From Alphaproteobacteria bacterium (GTDB taxonomy: Bacteria; Pseudomonadota; Alphaproteobacteria; UBA7887), in assembly GCA_965201115.1 (NCBI GenBank), contig OZ241745.1:1810449-1874448 (forward strand): a DNA stretch of 64,000 nucleotides, read 5' to 3'. The position numbers and the translations under genes are program-made. Below are positions 32,087-41,600 of this stretch, piece by piece. The notes beneath the pieces were generated by a model that made no database searches, was not told the origin of the DNA, and was given only the letters and a program-made list of their open reading frames with translations. The first letter of the stretch is position 1. Every line of letters starts with the position of its first letter.

Positions 32087-32598
32087 TTCTCTCCTCCTGT
32101 CGTCTCAAGGTTGGTGAGGTCTTCGACGCCGGCCATTTCCGCCAGCATGCGGCTGTAACTACGCAACTTTTCCTGCAAGGCCGCCAATTCGTCCCGAAAC
32201 TCGTGTTTCCGTGCATCGTCTTCGAAAGCGCCTTCCAACGACAACCGATGCCACTTTGCCGTGAACGGACGTACTACCTGGTTCAATACAGGTATGGCAA
32301 CCTTGCTGAAATCGGCGGCGTTCGGCCCGTGTCTGCGCAAGATTTCCCTCGTCATCGGAAAAACAGCGTAAACGCTATCCAACGCAGTCTTGTCGTCTCC
32401 ATCGCGAAACGGCAACGGTTGCGTCGCAATTCTGGTCAACAACTCCACATACAGCTCCCACGCGGCGCCGCGATTGGCGTCGGTTAAACGTATTCTCGCC
32501 TGCACAAAACCCGCGCCAATACTTATATTCTCGAAACCATGCCTGTCGAACAGCGTTCGCAGCGCCATTCCGGAGTTTCGCCTGAACAGATGCCTCAT
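32083..32598 (-). CDS. Predicted helical hypothetical protein translationally coupled to TIR
   Basis: GGAGA RBS before ATG 32598 (alternative 32568); 'AAWELYVELLTRIATQPL..DDKTALDSVY..TREILR..VLNQVVRPFTAKWH'; ATGA overlap with the TIR gene. Confidence 0.7.
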   Translation of the reverse strand: MRHLFRRNSGMALRTLFDRHGFENISIGAGFVQARIRLTDANRGAAWELYVELLTRIATQPLPFRDGDDKTALDSVYAVFPMTREILRRHGPNAADFSKVAIPVLNQVVRPFTAKWHRLSLEGAFEDDARKHEFRDELAALQEKLRSYSRMLAEMAGVEDLTNLETTGGEK

Positions 32599-33131
32599 CG
32601 ATCTTCTCCAAAACCCGTAGCTTGCCGCCGATATTCGAACCGCACACGGTAACCGCGACCGGCGTATCCTTGCCGGACGCCGCGTGTCCATGGTGGCCGT
32701 AGCGGGTTCCGCTGCAACCTCGTTCGTCGCCGCGCGGCCATACGCCCGCATTTTTCCGCAAAGCGTTGCAAAAATAGCACAGTGTTGCGGGACGCCAAGC
32801 AGTGCGGCCGACAATGTACGCGGTCCGAGCGTCGCAGGCGCCGCCGGCCCCCGGGGCGATGGCGGCCTGCCCCGATCCGGCCGCCAGGCGCGAACGAGAA
32901 ACCGCGAATCGATTCGCCCAATCGGCGAATCGTGTGTACCTGCAGCCGTCTTGGGGGCGGAACGCCCAGGCGCCGTTGCGCCGTGGTTGCGCTCTGGTAG
33001 CGCGTCCGCCCCCCCCCCCCCCCGCTGCCCTGCGGTCGATAAGCGCATCGCCTGCCAACGGTAGCGCATTCCCGCTGACGCGCCATCCGCGCCGTTGGTC
33101 GCGCAACGCGCCGCCTTGGCGCCGTAAATCG

Positions 33132-34691
33132 CTACGAACGCCGTTCGTCGCCTGCCTTGTCGGGCTTCCATGCAACGATCCGGCGCGTTCGCGCCTCAGC
33201 CCGTATGCGGCAAAGCGCCTCGCCCGGCGGGAGCGCCGTCAACGACCTGCCGCCGCCGAATATATGCCGAACGGGACCGGGGCGCGCCTGTGTGACGAAC
33301 GCTACCGTTAGCCCCATATTGTCGAGAAACTCCTCGTCCTGACCCTCGAAGTCATCCGGCGACTGCGAGACCAGCATAAGGACCCCGCCCTTCGATCTGC
33401 TCATGCGAACCAGGTTCGCCAACGCCGGCAGTCGAGTCCGAAGAATGACATGCGCCTCGTCCAACAGGCACACATGCCGAATAGTCTGATAGCCATCGAC
33501 AATCGGGGCATCGGAGAGCGAGTTTAGCCACCGATCCAGCGAATCCAGCGTCAAATTGACGATAAACCGCCTGACCTCGGGAGTGCTGTCCTGCGGCAGC
33601 CGGATAATCCACCGCTTGCCGAAGAAATCGGATGGGCGCATCGTCGGTCGGAAGAGCGTGAACTGCGTCATCTCGTTGAGCGTAGCCATCAACTCGTCGG
33701 GTCTTTGCTCTCTCTCCGCATACTCGGTTGCGAGCGCTCTCGCGACATGGTCGATTTCCGCCGGTCTCTCGTCCGTCTGCCCGCGCAATGCACTCTGGAT
33801 CGCTTCGCGCAGCGCATCCATTTGCATGCCTCCCGGCCTGCTCTCCTTGACGCGCGAGATAGACTCTCGTATCCGGCTCGCCGCTTCCGCGACCCCTATA
33901 TCATCCTGTTTCTCGATAGCCAATACGTCCAACGGAACCGGCCCCCGCGGAGGCGCAACCACCTCCGCGCCAATCTCGCCGGCAAGTCGTTCCGAAAGAT
34001 CGCCCTTGAAGTCGAAGGCCAAGAACGGCGCGGCGCACTGCTTGTGAAGGTGCGTGAGTATGGTAGTCGCCGTATATGTCTTGCCCGAATTCGTGCCGCC
34101 CATAATCGCCATATGCGGGCTCCCGCCGGATATGTTCAACGGGAACGCCACCTCCTCCCCGGTGTCTGCGTCTTGCGCCACCGGTCCTACCGGCAACATG
34201 ATTCTCCTCCGCGACGCTTCCGGAATGTTACTGCCATTGCCGACAGTGTCGGTCCCATCGCTGGGCCCTGTCGACAGGTTCGCCAAATCCGCAAGGTGGA
34301 CAACAAAAACACCGAGATCCTCGCCGGCGTCCCGCCAATCCTGGGCCAGCAGCTCCGCGCCGCGATGCCAGTGCGCAGCCACCAGCGCTCGAAACTCCCT
34401 GATGCCCAAATCCTGCTGCCCCGAATGCTGGACGATGAGCGCAAGCCACGCAGCCGGCGTCGCGCCATCGCCGAACATCTGCTGGCCTCTTATGCTCCGA
34501 GCCATATCTTCGCTGCTACCGACGGCTTCGGGCGCGCCCGCCACCGACAATGATCGCGCAACGGCCAAGCGCGCGCCCAAATAGCGCACGTTATGTCCGA
34601 GCCGCCTAAGCACGTCATGACATTGGGCGTCCGCCGTCCTCGTGGTGCGATACTCGGTGTTGACCGCTTCCATAACGTGTATGGGCATCAC
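33132..34691 (-). CDS. dndE: DndE-like N-terminal domain fused to a HerA/FtsK/VirB4-type ATPase
   Basis: N-terminal 'ARLAVARSL..FGD..AHWHRGAELL' is DndE-like; C-terminal 'PHMAIMGGTNSGKT', 'FDFKGD', 'LLDEAH', 'RSKG', 'SQSPDDF'; overlaps dndD stop. Confidence 0.72.
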   Translation of the reverse strand: MMPIHVMEAVNTEYRTTRTADAQCHDVLRRLGHNVRYLGARLAVARSLSVAGAPEAVGSSEDMARSIRGQQMFGDGATPAAWLALIVQHSGQQDLGIREFRALVAAHWHRGAELLAQDWRDAGEDLGVFVVHLADLANLSTGPSDGTDTVGNGSNIPEASRRRIMLPVGPVAQDADTGEEVAFPLNISGGSPHMAIMGGTNSGKTYTATTILTHLHKQCAAPFLAFDFKGDLSERLAGEIGAEVVAPPRGPVPLDVLAIEKQDDIGVAEAASRIRESISRVKESRPGGMQMDALREAIQSALRGQTDERPAEIDHVARALATEYAEREQRPDELMATLNEMTQFTLFRPTMRPSDFFGKRWIIRLPQDSTPEVRRFIVNLTLDSLDRWLNSLSDAPIVDGYQTIRHVCLLDEAHVILRTRLPALANLVRMSRSKGGVLMLVSQSPDDFEGQDEEFLDNMGLTVAFVTQARPGPVRHIFGGGRSLTALPPGEALCRIRAEARTRRIVAWKPDKAGDERRS

Positions 34692-36769
34692 CTTGTCTCC
34701 TCTATGCTTTCAGATTCCACAGTAGTGACGGCAACCCCGTCCGCCGCACGGACTCGCAACTGGTACGCTGCCCCAATACGGTCGCGGATCGCCTCGAGTT
34801 TGTCGCCAACCACCTCTTCGTCCGTCGACAACAACACAACTTGCCCTGGGCGTCTGAGGAATGTCCTAAGCACTCCAAACCGGTGTTCAGTGCTTAATCG
34901 GGCAAGCGGCGTGTCAACTATGAAAGGGAAGTCTTGACCGCTCACCTGAGTAATCGCCATAATCAGGGCTTGAGTGAAAATTTGATTGGCGCCAGCCGAT
35001 TTCTCTATCCCCTGTATATCCTCGCCCTTTGCGTTCAGCATCCTTACCTCGCATTCCGGAGATATCGCAATTCGGTCGATACGATCCTCCATCTGCGCCA
35101 TCGATTTCCATGCTTCGGTCATCGCGGTAGCCACCATGTCGACCTGTGTCGGCACAGCCTCCTTTAAAATATTGTCGATTAAAATGGCAACGTCATTGGC
35201 CTTCTTCGCTTGTTGAAGAGCGGGCGCGTAACGGCCGACGGCCTCGGCGTAACGGCCCTGATCCTGACGAAGCTTGGCGAGTTCGCCCACGGCTGCCTCA
35301 CGAGCTCTTGTTGCCGTGTTGCGGCGTTCGCGTACACGGTTTATCTCGTCGCTCACTTCTATGAGTCTGTTCGTCAGCGGTTCGATCTCGGGAATTACGG
35401 CCTCAAGATTCAGCCTTTCCCCCTTCACAATATCGGCGCGGGATGCCGAAGATTGAAAACGCCCAACCAATTCTCTCAACTCCGTGGCCGTTCGCCCGGC
35501 TGCGCTGTCCAAACGCTCAAGCGCATGCTCTCTACTGAGTCCTTTCAATCCCGAGTGCAGATAGTAATCGGGGCAGCCTTCGGGCGCGGGATGCCACAGC
35601 GCTTGCCATGCGGATCGCGCGGCGTCCACGATTTCGAGTTCGCGTTCGCCAACTACCGGCGGCGACAAGATTCCGAGTCGGGTAGAGAAGTCGGTCAGGT
35701 ACCGGTCAAGGCGATCATTGCCTTGGTTTCTCGCCATCTCCCAGTCCTCTCGCGCCTTTTCGGCCCGCAAGCGTTCTACTGTTGCGGTCCGCAGTTCGGC
35801 TCCGCAAAGGGTTAATGCTATGTCGCCCGATAGCAATTTCATAAGTTCGTCGAATGCCTTGCTCGATGCCGTTCTGTATCTTTCTTCCTGTTTCACCAGA
35901 TCGGCCACTTCGGCCATTGTGCCTTCGCCGCCGCTCCCCAATCGTTGCGCGAGTTTGTCTCGTTCCGATTCCAAGCCATCGAGGATCGTGGAGGCATCAT
36001 CGATAATGTGCTGTTGTTTTTCTTGTTCGGCGTCCAGTCGTTCAATATCTTCCTTGATCGCGGTCATCTTTTGATCCGATGGAGCAACCGAATTGGCTCG
36101 TCTCGCGGTCGCGTAGCGGCCCAACGATTTCTGTAGTTCGTATAGTATAGGCAATCCCAAGAGACCCTCTATCCCCCGTCGTATCTGGGCGGTCATGTCG
36201 CGGTGCGCATAACGCTGAACCTGCTCGCCGTCGAACATGAAAAATTCGGCCAAATGGGGAGGAAGAAAATTGCGTGCAACGAATTGTCGATGCCACCCGT
36301 CGGAGTCCGCCGTTGCCGCAACGGGGACGATCAGGGGTTCGCGCTCACGCCCCTCGTATATCTGCAACTGATCCTCGTTGGGCCGATGGTCGCCTTTCGC
36401 GCTAAAATACCAAGTTCGAACAAGCTCTATTCGCTCGCCGTTATCGCCTTCGAACACAAGCGTCACGGCGCAGCTCGGCTTGCTGTGCCCGGATAACCGT
36501 CGGTGAAGCGCGCCTTCGAGAAACTTGCTGTACGAAACGAGCGGACGGTCCGCTCGACTATCGACGGCTGTGTTGCGGGCGCGAGGCAGCAGCGGCAGCC
36601 CGTCTCTACCGAACAAACCCAGAATAACGGCCTCGAAAAACGACGTTTTCCCGGCCTCGTTTGGCGCGCGGACCAAGATCACGTTGCGATTGCCGTCGGG
36701 CGGCGGAAACTCGAAGACCGCGTGCCGGTACGAACGCCAGTGTCGTAGTTCGACGGTACGCAGATGCAT
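34688..36769 (-). CDS. dndD: DNA sulfur modification protein DndD (SMC-like ATPase)
   Basis: Walker A 'APNEAGKT', 'FFMFDGEQ', long coiled coil, 'SAGANQ', 'FIVDTPLARLS..HR', 'QVVLLSTDEE'; downstream of dndC. Confidence 0.88.
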   Translation of the reverse strand: MHLRTVELRHWRSYRHAVFEFPPPDGNRNVILVRAPNEAGKTSFFEAVILGLFGRDGLPLLPRARNTAVDSRADRPLVSYSKFLEGALHRRLSGHSKPSCAVTLVFEGDNGERIELVRTWYFSAKGDHRPNEDQLQIYEGREREPLIVPVAATADSDGWHRQFVARNFLPPHLAEFFMFDGEQVQRYAHRDMTAQIRRGIEGLLGLPILYELQKSLGRYATARRANSVAPSDQKMTAIKEDIERLDAEQEKQQHIIDDASTILDGLESERDKLAQRLGSGGEGTMAEVADLVKQEERYRTASSKAFDELMKLLSGDIALTLCGAELRTATVERLRAEKAREDWEMARNQGNDRLDRYLTDFSTRLGILSPPVVGERELEIVDAARSAWQALWHPAPEGCPDYYLHSGLKGLSREHALERLDSAAGRTATELRELVGRFQSSASRADIVKGERLNLEAVIPEIEPLTNRLIEVSDEINRVRERRNTATRAREAAVGELAKLRQDQGRYAEAVGRYAPALQQAKKANDVAILIDNILKEAVPTQVDMVATAMTEAWKSMAQMEDRIDRIAISPECEVRMLNAKGEDIQGIEKSAGANQIFTQALIMAITQVSGQDFPFIVDTPLARLSTEHRFGVLRTFLRRPGQVVLLSTDEEVVGDKLEAIRDRIGAAYQLRVRAADGVAVTTVESESIEETR

Positions 36770-36975
36770 CAGACCGACTCCTCGGCGAACACAGTGTCGA
36801 AAACACGGTCGAACTCATCCCACAGGCCTGCTTTACGCAGCTTCCCCCGCTGTTCGACTTCGGCGTTCACCAAGGCTTCGAAAACAGCCATGGAAATGCC
36901 GGCATCTTCGCACTTCTTTCGCACGAGCTGTCGTCCCTCGTCGGTCTCGAGCAGCACAACGGTATTACCGGGCAT
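36769..36975 (-). CDS. Small Dnd-associated protein (68 aa)
   Basis: TAATG overlap with dndC stop and TGATG overlap with dndD start; 'LVRKKCEDAGISMAVFEALVNAE..RKAGLWDEFD'. Confidence 0.7.
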   Translation of the reverse strand: MPGNTVVLLETDEGRQLVRKKCEDAGISMAVFEALVNAEVEQRGKLRKAGLWDEFDRVFDTVFAEESV

Positions 36976-38144
36976 TAGCCAACCCTCCGGGAATATACGA
37001 ACTGCTCCGTATGCCGACCTGCCAAACGCCCAGCCATGGCGAGCGCGTCTTCCGCCCACAAGCTGCGTATGCGTTCGACCTCGGCATCGGACACGAGTGC
37101 GCGGTCGATGCGATTCTGCAATCGCAATAGCTTATCGAGTATTTCTGCGCGGGTAGCAAGCGTAAACGGGCCGGGTATATGCGCGCCGTTCGCGGCGAAC
37201 GTCACGCGACCGTTGCGACGCCGCGCCAACCGTCGATGCGGGTCGTTGCGAATCCGTACGAGCCAGTCCCGAAAATCGAGCAGCGGCGTGAACTCGTCGA
37301 AGCCTGCATTGACGAAGCCCCGCAAGCTGCGGTCCTTGTCGACCACCGTGCAGGTCCAGCACCCGAAGCGCGGTGAAGTGCTGCCGCACGAAGGCGCGTC
37401 CGAGAGGCTGGTAACGACGGGGCACTCCCCGCCGCCGGCGTTCCGGTACAGCCTGATCAAGGCGTCGTGCGAACCGCCCCAAGGGGGCGCTTCGGTCGCC
37501 AGAAATTCCCACACGTCGTCGGTGCTTATTTCGACTATCGGTCGGAAAACAAAGCAGTTTCTCAAGTCGCTGTGGCGATTGAGGCGTTCGCCGTTGTCGT
37601 AACGCGCGACGCTGTTCGCCCGCATGGCGCTCTCGTCGCGCCGAACTCCCAGAAGCAGGATCGCTTCGCCCGCCGCATCCGCCTGTTCCCGGATATACGC
37701 GCTGGTGGGCAGTATCTTCATGCGATCCGTACACCACCGGAACGCCCGATTCGGCGACGGATAGCCGCGCCCGATCAGATTGACCCAGAACGTATGGTCG
37801 GGGTCGGGCGCCGTCGTGGCGACCGTAACGGGCAGATGGAAGGCCTTGGCGGCGGCGCGAATTTCGTCTTGTACCTTGCGGATATGCCCGATCACCAAGG
37901 GGCTTTCGACCAACGTGTCGTTGGCGACGATATGCACGCGCCGGCGCCGGTCGCTGCGCGGCAGCGACAGCAGATGCTCGACGACCAGATGGGCTACGAC
38001 CGTGCTGTCTTTCCCGCCGGAGAAGCCCACGATCCACGGCCGCGCATGCTGTTCGGCGTATTCGTCAGCGATCTCGGCGCGAATCGCCCGCCACGGCGCG
38101 GCGCCTGCCTCACGCTCGGCCGAATACGCTGCTTCCGCGATCAT
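36975..38144 (-). CDS. dndC: DNA phosphorothioation sulfurtransferase DndC (PAPS-reductase family)
   Basis: 'WIVGFSGGKDS', 'NDTLVESP', 'FWVNLIGRGYPSP', 'RWCTDRMKI', 'GECP..SCG..RFGCWTCTVV'. Confidence 0.95.
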   Translation of the reverse strand: MIAEAAYSAEREAGAAPWRAIRAEIADEYAEQHARPWIVGFSGGKDSTVVAHLVVEHLLSLPRSDRRRRVHIVANDTLVESPLVIGHIRKVQDEIRAAAKAFHLPVTVATTAPDPDHTFWVNLIGRGYPSPNRAFRWCTDRMKILPTSAYIREQADAAGEAILLLGVRRDESAMRANSVARYDNGERLNRHSDLRNCFVFRPIVEISTDDVWEFLATEAPPWGGSHDALIRLYRNAGGGECPVVTSLSDAPSCGSTSPRFGCWTCTVVDKDRSLRGFVNAGFDEFTPLLDFRDWLVRIRNDPHRRLARRRNGRVTFAANGAHIPGPFTLATRAEILDKLLRLQNRIDRALVSDAEVERIRSLWAEDALAMAGRLAGRHTEQFVYSRRVG

Positions 38145-38789
38145 GCCGACATTTCCCGCGCCCAACGCGATGGACCGACAGCGGCGTCCGCCCGTCCGCG
38201 CTGGCGCGTATACCGCAGCCGGCGCGGCGCCGCAACCCGGTACACACGGGAAATCGTATTTTTTGCCGCGGCATATGCGGCGCGCTCGCCCGCTGTCGCG
38301 CCGAAGGCGCCGACTTCCCGGCGGGACCGCGGGCGTCCCGCCCGCACATCCCCACTGAGCCGAGGGTCGCCGACGGGCGCGACGCCCACGCTTCCCCGAA
38401 AATCCCTCGCCGCGCGGACGCGCGCGGGCGGGGACGCCCGAATTCCCCGCCAGTCCGCGCCTTCGGCTCTGGCGATCGAGACATCCGCGCGCCTATACGG
38501 CGCCTATAGCAGCCGGGCGAGAAACAAGACCGGTGCTTACGATTCGCGAATCGCACGATAGCGGCTCGTCAGCGCCGCCGGGTTGGCGAAGGCGCGGTAT
38601 AGCCGCATGATACTCAAATCGACAGAGGAGCCAACAAGCCCGAATTCTTCAACGCGCCGGTAACCGCCGTAGCCTGCGCTGCGGATCGGGAGATCGCCCG
38701 TCGCAACGTCGATAGCCCCGATACGAAGCATCGGATCGAGACTCTCGACACGAATCGGCAAACAGCATCTACGCTCCGCTCACGATCCG

Positions 38790-40496
38790 TCATCGATCTT
38801 CCCAATTTAAAAGCCTCTCGACGGCCGAATCGGTTACCTCTCCGCCATCGAGAAGCACTTGGGGTATCCCGGCGCCATAAAAACGCACATTCTCCTTCCC
38901 GAACAGATCCTGCGCCGCCTCCAAGGTCGGGCGGGGCGACTTCCCGGAATCCAAATTCTCAATAATCTTTGGCCATTCCGACGGACCGAGCCATCTCGCA
39001 GCCTGATCCGTTCCCACAATCACGCTGCACTTCACCGGTTTGTTGTCGGGACCGTGGCTGCGCCGGGCGGCAAAGAAGGCGCGATAGTCCACGTCGTCCG
39101 GCGGAAGCCTATAGCCCATCAACACAATGTGGTCGGCGTTCTCGACGGTGACCCGCAGATCGCGCCAAATCTCTTCCAGGAACGGCGGCAATGCGTCCTT
39201 GAAATTGCTCTGCATTACCGTTGGCGTATGATGCGCGTAGGTCAATTCGTCGCAATGCACGCAGGCGCGTGCATCCACTTCCCCTTTGTTCCAAGCCTCG
39301 AGCTCCTTGTCGTTCCGACGATAAAACGGGTTGGATTCGCCGTCGGATTCGACGAACGCCTTGAGCGGCGGCGGGGGAATCAATGTACGCGAATACAATT
39401 CCCACTCCCCGCTCTCATCGGAATCGCCCACGTACGACGATAACTTGCCGCAATTGGGGCATTCCCGCCACCACAGGCAGCCATGAGGCAACAGGAACTT
39501 GCCCATCCGGATGCGATCTTCGGACTCGTGATCTTCGTCGTTCAGACGCTGCGCGGCCGATTCGTTCATCGGATGCCACGGCGTTTCGCCGTCATACTTC
39601 CTCTTGTCGAAGCGGGACGTGCTGACGAAGTGTCCAAGATCATGGAAGATTTTCAACCTGCGTGCCGGACAGCCGATATGTGGCGCGCCGGGACTCTTGT
39701 TCAAATTACGGTTGGCAACGAACTGGCACCACAGGGCAATGGGGTCGTAGTTCATGCTGGCGAAAGCGACATCGCCCATGTAGAATTTACGGGCCCTGTG
39801 AAAATTACGGTCGTCGCCTTTCCCACCGCTGTTGGCCAGCGCCATGCCTTGCCGCTGCATGCGCCGCCCCAGCGCCTCGGCGAAGTCGTAGTGTTTGTGT
39901 ATATCCTCGGTCTCTTGCTCGCATACGCGGCGCCAGTCCACGTAGAACAACGTATTCAACAGCATCCGCAAGGCGTTGCGCGCCGCCGACACCCGTAACG
40001 GTGGCAGGAAAACTTCGCCTTTCACGCGGAATCCGTGGCGGCTCCGGCTGTGCATGTCCAGGATATTGAACAGATCGACGAGTTGGATCTCTCCTTTCGG
40101 CGGCGCCGGGCAGATGCCGATGACGAGTTTCAAGGCGGGCCAGTCGTATAGGGTACACAGATCGATAATGCGGTACCGAATGGCTTCATCGTCGGCGCCC
40201 GCCCGCCAGTTGCGGCGCATGGCGCTCATCCGATCCTCGGAGATGGAGGAGAGAGGGTGTTTGTCGCCGACGCAATCGCCCAAGATAATCAACAGGTCGC
40301 GAAGCGCCGATACCCAGCGTTCGCCGACTTCGCGACCCAACGCGTCGCGAACACGCCGGTCCAGCGGGCCGTGTTCGCGATTTCGCCCGACCGAGATCGT
40401 GCTGACGAAGCGAGACTGCCGCTCGGTCGTGGACATGCCGACCGACGCAGTCGCGCCGGCGCCCCAGAAGACGACTGTTCCACGGGGATTGCTCAT
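38790..40496 (-). CDS. SIR2-like domain protein with Zn-ribbon (putative NADase defence effector)
   Basis: 'VVFWGAGAT', 'SMNYD', 'LPHGC', CxxC pairs (CPNC, CVHC), 'IVLMGYRLPPDD'. Confidence 0.75.
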   Translation of the reverse strand: MSNPRGTVVFWGAGATASVGMSTTERQSRFVSTISVGRNREHGPLDRRVRDALGREVGERWVSALRDLLIILGDCVGDKHPLSSISEDRMSAMRRNWRAGADDEAIRYRIIDLCTLYDWPALKLVIGICPAPPKGEIQLVDLFNILDMHSRSRHGFRVKGEVFLPPLRVSAARNALRMLLNTLFYVDWRRVCEQETEDIHKHYDFAEALGRRMQRQGMALANSGGKGDDRNFHRARKFYMGDVAFASMNYDPIALWCQFVANRNLNKSPGAPHIGCPARRLKIFHDLGHFVSTSRFDKRKYDGETPWHPMNESAAQRLNDEDHESEDRIRMGKFLLPHGCLWWRECPNCGKLSSYVGDSDESGEWELYSRTLIPPPPLKAFVESDGESNPFYRRNDKELEAWNKGEVDARACVHCDELTYAHHTPTVMQSNFKDALPPFLEEIWRDLRVTVENADHIVLMGYRLPPDDVDYRAFFAARRSHGPDNKPVKCSVIVGTDQAARWLGPSEWPKIIENLDSGKSPRPTLEAAQDLFGKENVRFYGAGIPQVLLDGGEVTDSAVERLLNWEDR

Positions 40497-40849
40497 GGGG
40501 CGGGGATGGTAATGCCCACGAGTTTTAACCGTTTTTTGCCTTTCTTCACCTTGATCTTCACTTTACATTGCTTCGTGGCCGCGTGAGTGAGGGTGTCGTA
40601 AATACCCGCAGAGACGGATTTACCCAGTCTCTTAAACCGGATACATACAACCTTCTTCGTGTCGCATTTCGAAACGCGCGCGGGTTTTGTCGATCCCGCA
40701 CGATCACGAACGAACACGGCGTAAAGATGGCCGTCGCACCGTACGGAGTGATCGCCGTCGGGGATGAAAAACACCTTGACTTTGGCATTCTTCGTCGTCC
40801 AAGACCACTGCACGTTCACGGTTCCCATTGACGTGTATCTACTCATCAT
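40493..40849 (-). CDS. Small basic hypothetical protein coupled to the SIR2-like gene
   Basis: 118 aa, Lys-rich, beta-rich; GGAG RBS; ATGA overlap with the SIR2 start. Confidence 0.55.
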   Translation of the reverse strand: MMSRYTSMGTVNVQWSWTTKNAKVKVFFIPDGDHSVRCDGHLYAVFVRDRAGSTKPARVSKCDTKKVVCIRFKRLGKSVSAGIYDTLTHAATKQCKVKIKVKKGKKRLKLVGITIPAP

Positions 40850-41194
40850 TCAGTCTCCCGTTGGGCAGATGCGATTGCGCCCCCCCGTCGCCCTACGGAA
40901 GCGCACCGATTCGGAGTTTGGCACATCGCGGGGCTGCGTGCAAGCTCGCTCGTAGGAACGTGCGCACGGGATATGCGAAGGCGCCGCATGTAGTGGCCCG
41001 ATTCAGCAGGCGCGGCGACGATTCGCCAGCGGGCCATCGCGATGCCCAATTTAGCGAGTTCGAGTTTCGCCGCGTGCTTTCGTTGCACTACCAAACGCCT
41101 TTCCCCACCTTGGCGATGGCGTTGTCGACGGTCCCGGTTGCGGATATTGCGGCAACACGACGCCAGCCGTCGGCATGTCTGGCCGGGAATCGAT

Positions 41195-41600
41195 GCGGAC
41201 CAACCCCGGAAATCGGGAAACGGCGTGAATTCGTCGAAGCCATGCGGGCTATGGTCGCTATCGCCCGCCGCGCACGGCCTGCCCCGCTCGCTACGCGGCA
41301 GCAGATGCTTGACGACCGGATGGGCTGCCACCGTGCTGTCTTCCCCGCCGGAGGGGCCCGCGATCCGGGGCCGCGCGTGCGGTTCGGGGCGCCCGGCCGC
41401 GACCCCGGCGCGAATTGCCCGCCGCGACGCGGCGCCTGCCTTATGCTCGGCCGGATATGTTGCTTCCGCGATCATGTCGATATTTCCCGCGCCCAACGCG
41501 ATGGACCGACAGCGGCGTCCGCCCCGCCCACGCCATCGTGTGTGTACCGTAACCGGCGCGGCGACGCAACCCCGTACACGCGGGAAATCGTACTTTATTT
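41195..41600 (-). pseudogene. Degenerate duplicate of the dndC upstream region and 5' end with internal deletions
   Basis: 41285-41595 aligns by eye to 37945-38260 (e.g. TGCTTCCGCGATCATG.CGA.ATTTCCCGCGCCCAACGCGATGGACCGACAGCGGCGTCCGCCC); 41200-41242 aligns to 37262-37304 ('GFDEFTP..DFR.W'). Confidence 0.85.

Noticed and set aside
31520-40496. Calling TIR + SIR2 a canonical Thoeris (thsAB)
   Set aside because: The genes are 6.7 kb apart and the SIR2-like protein shows no recognisable SLOG or macro domain
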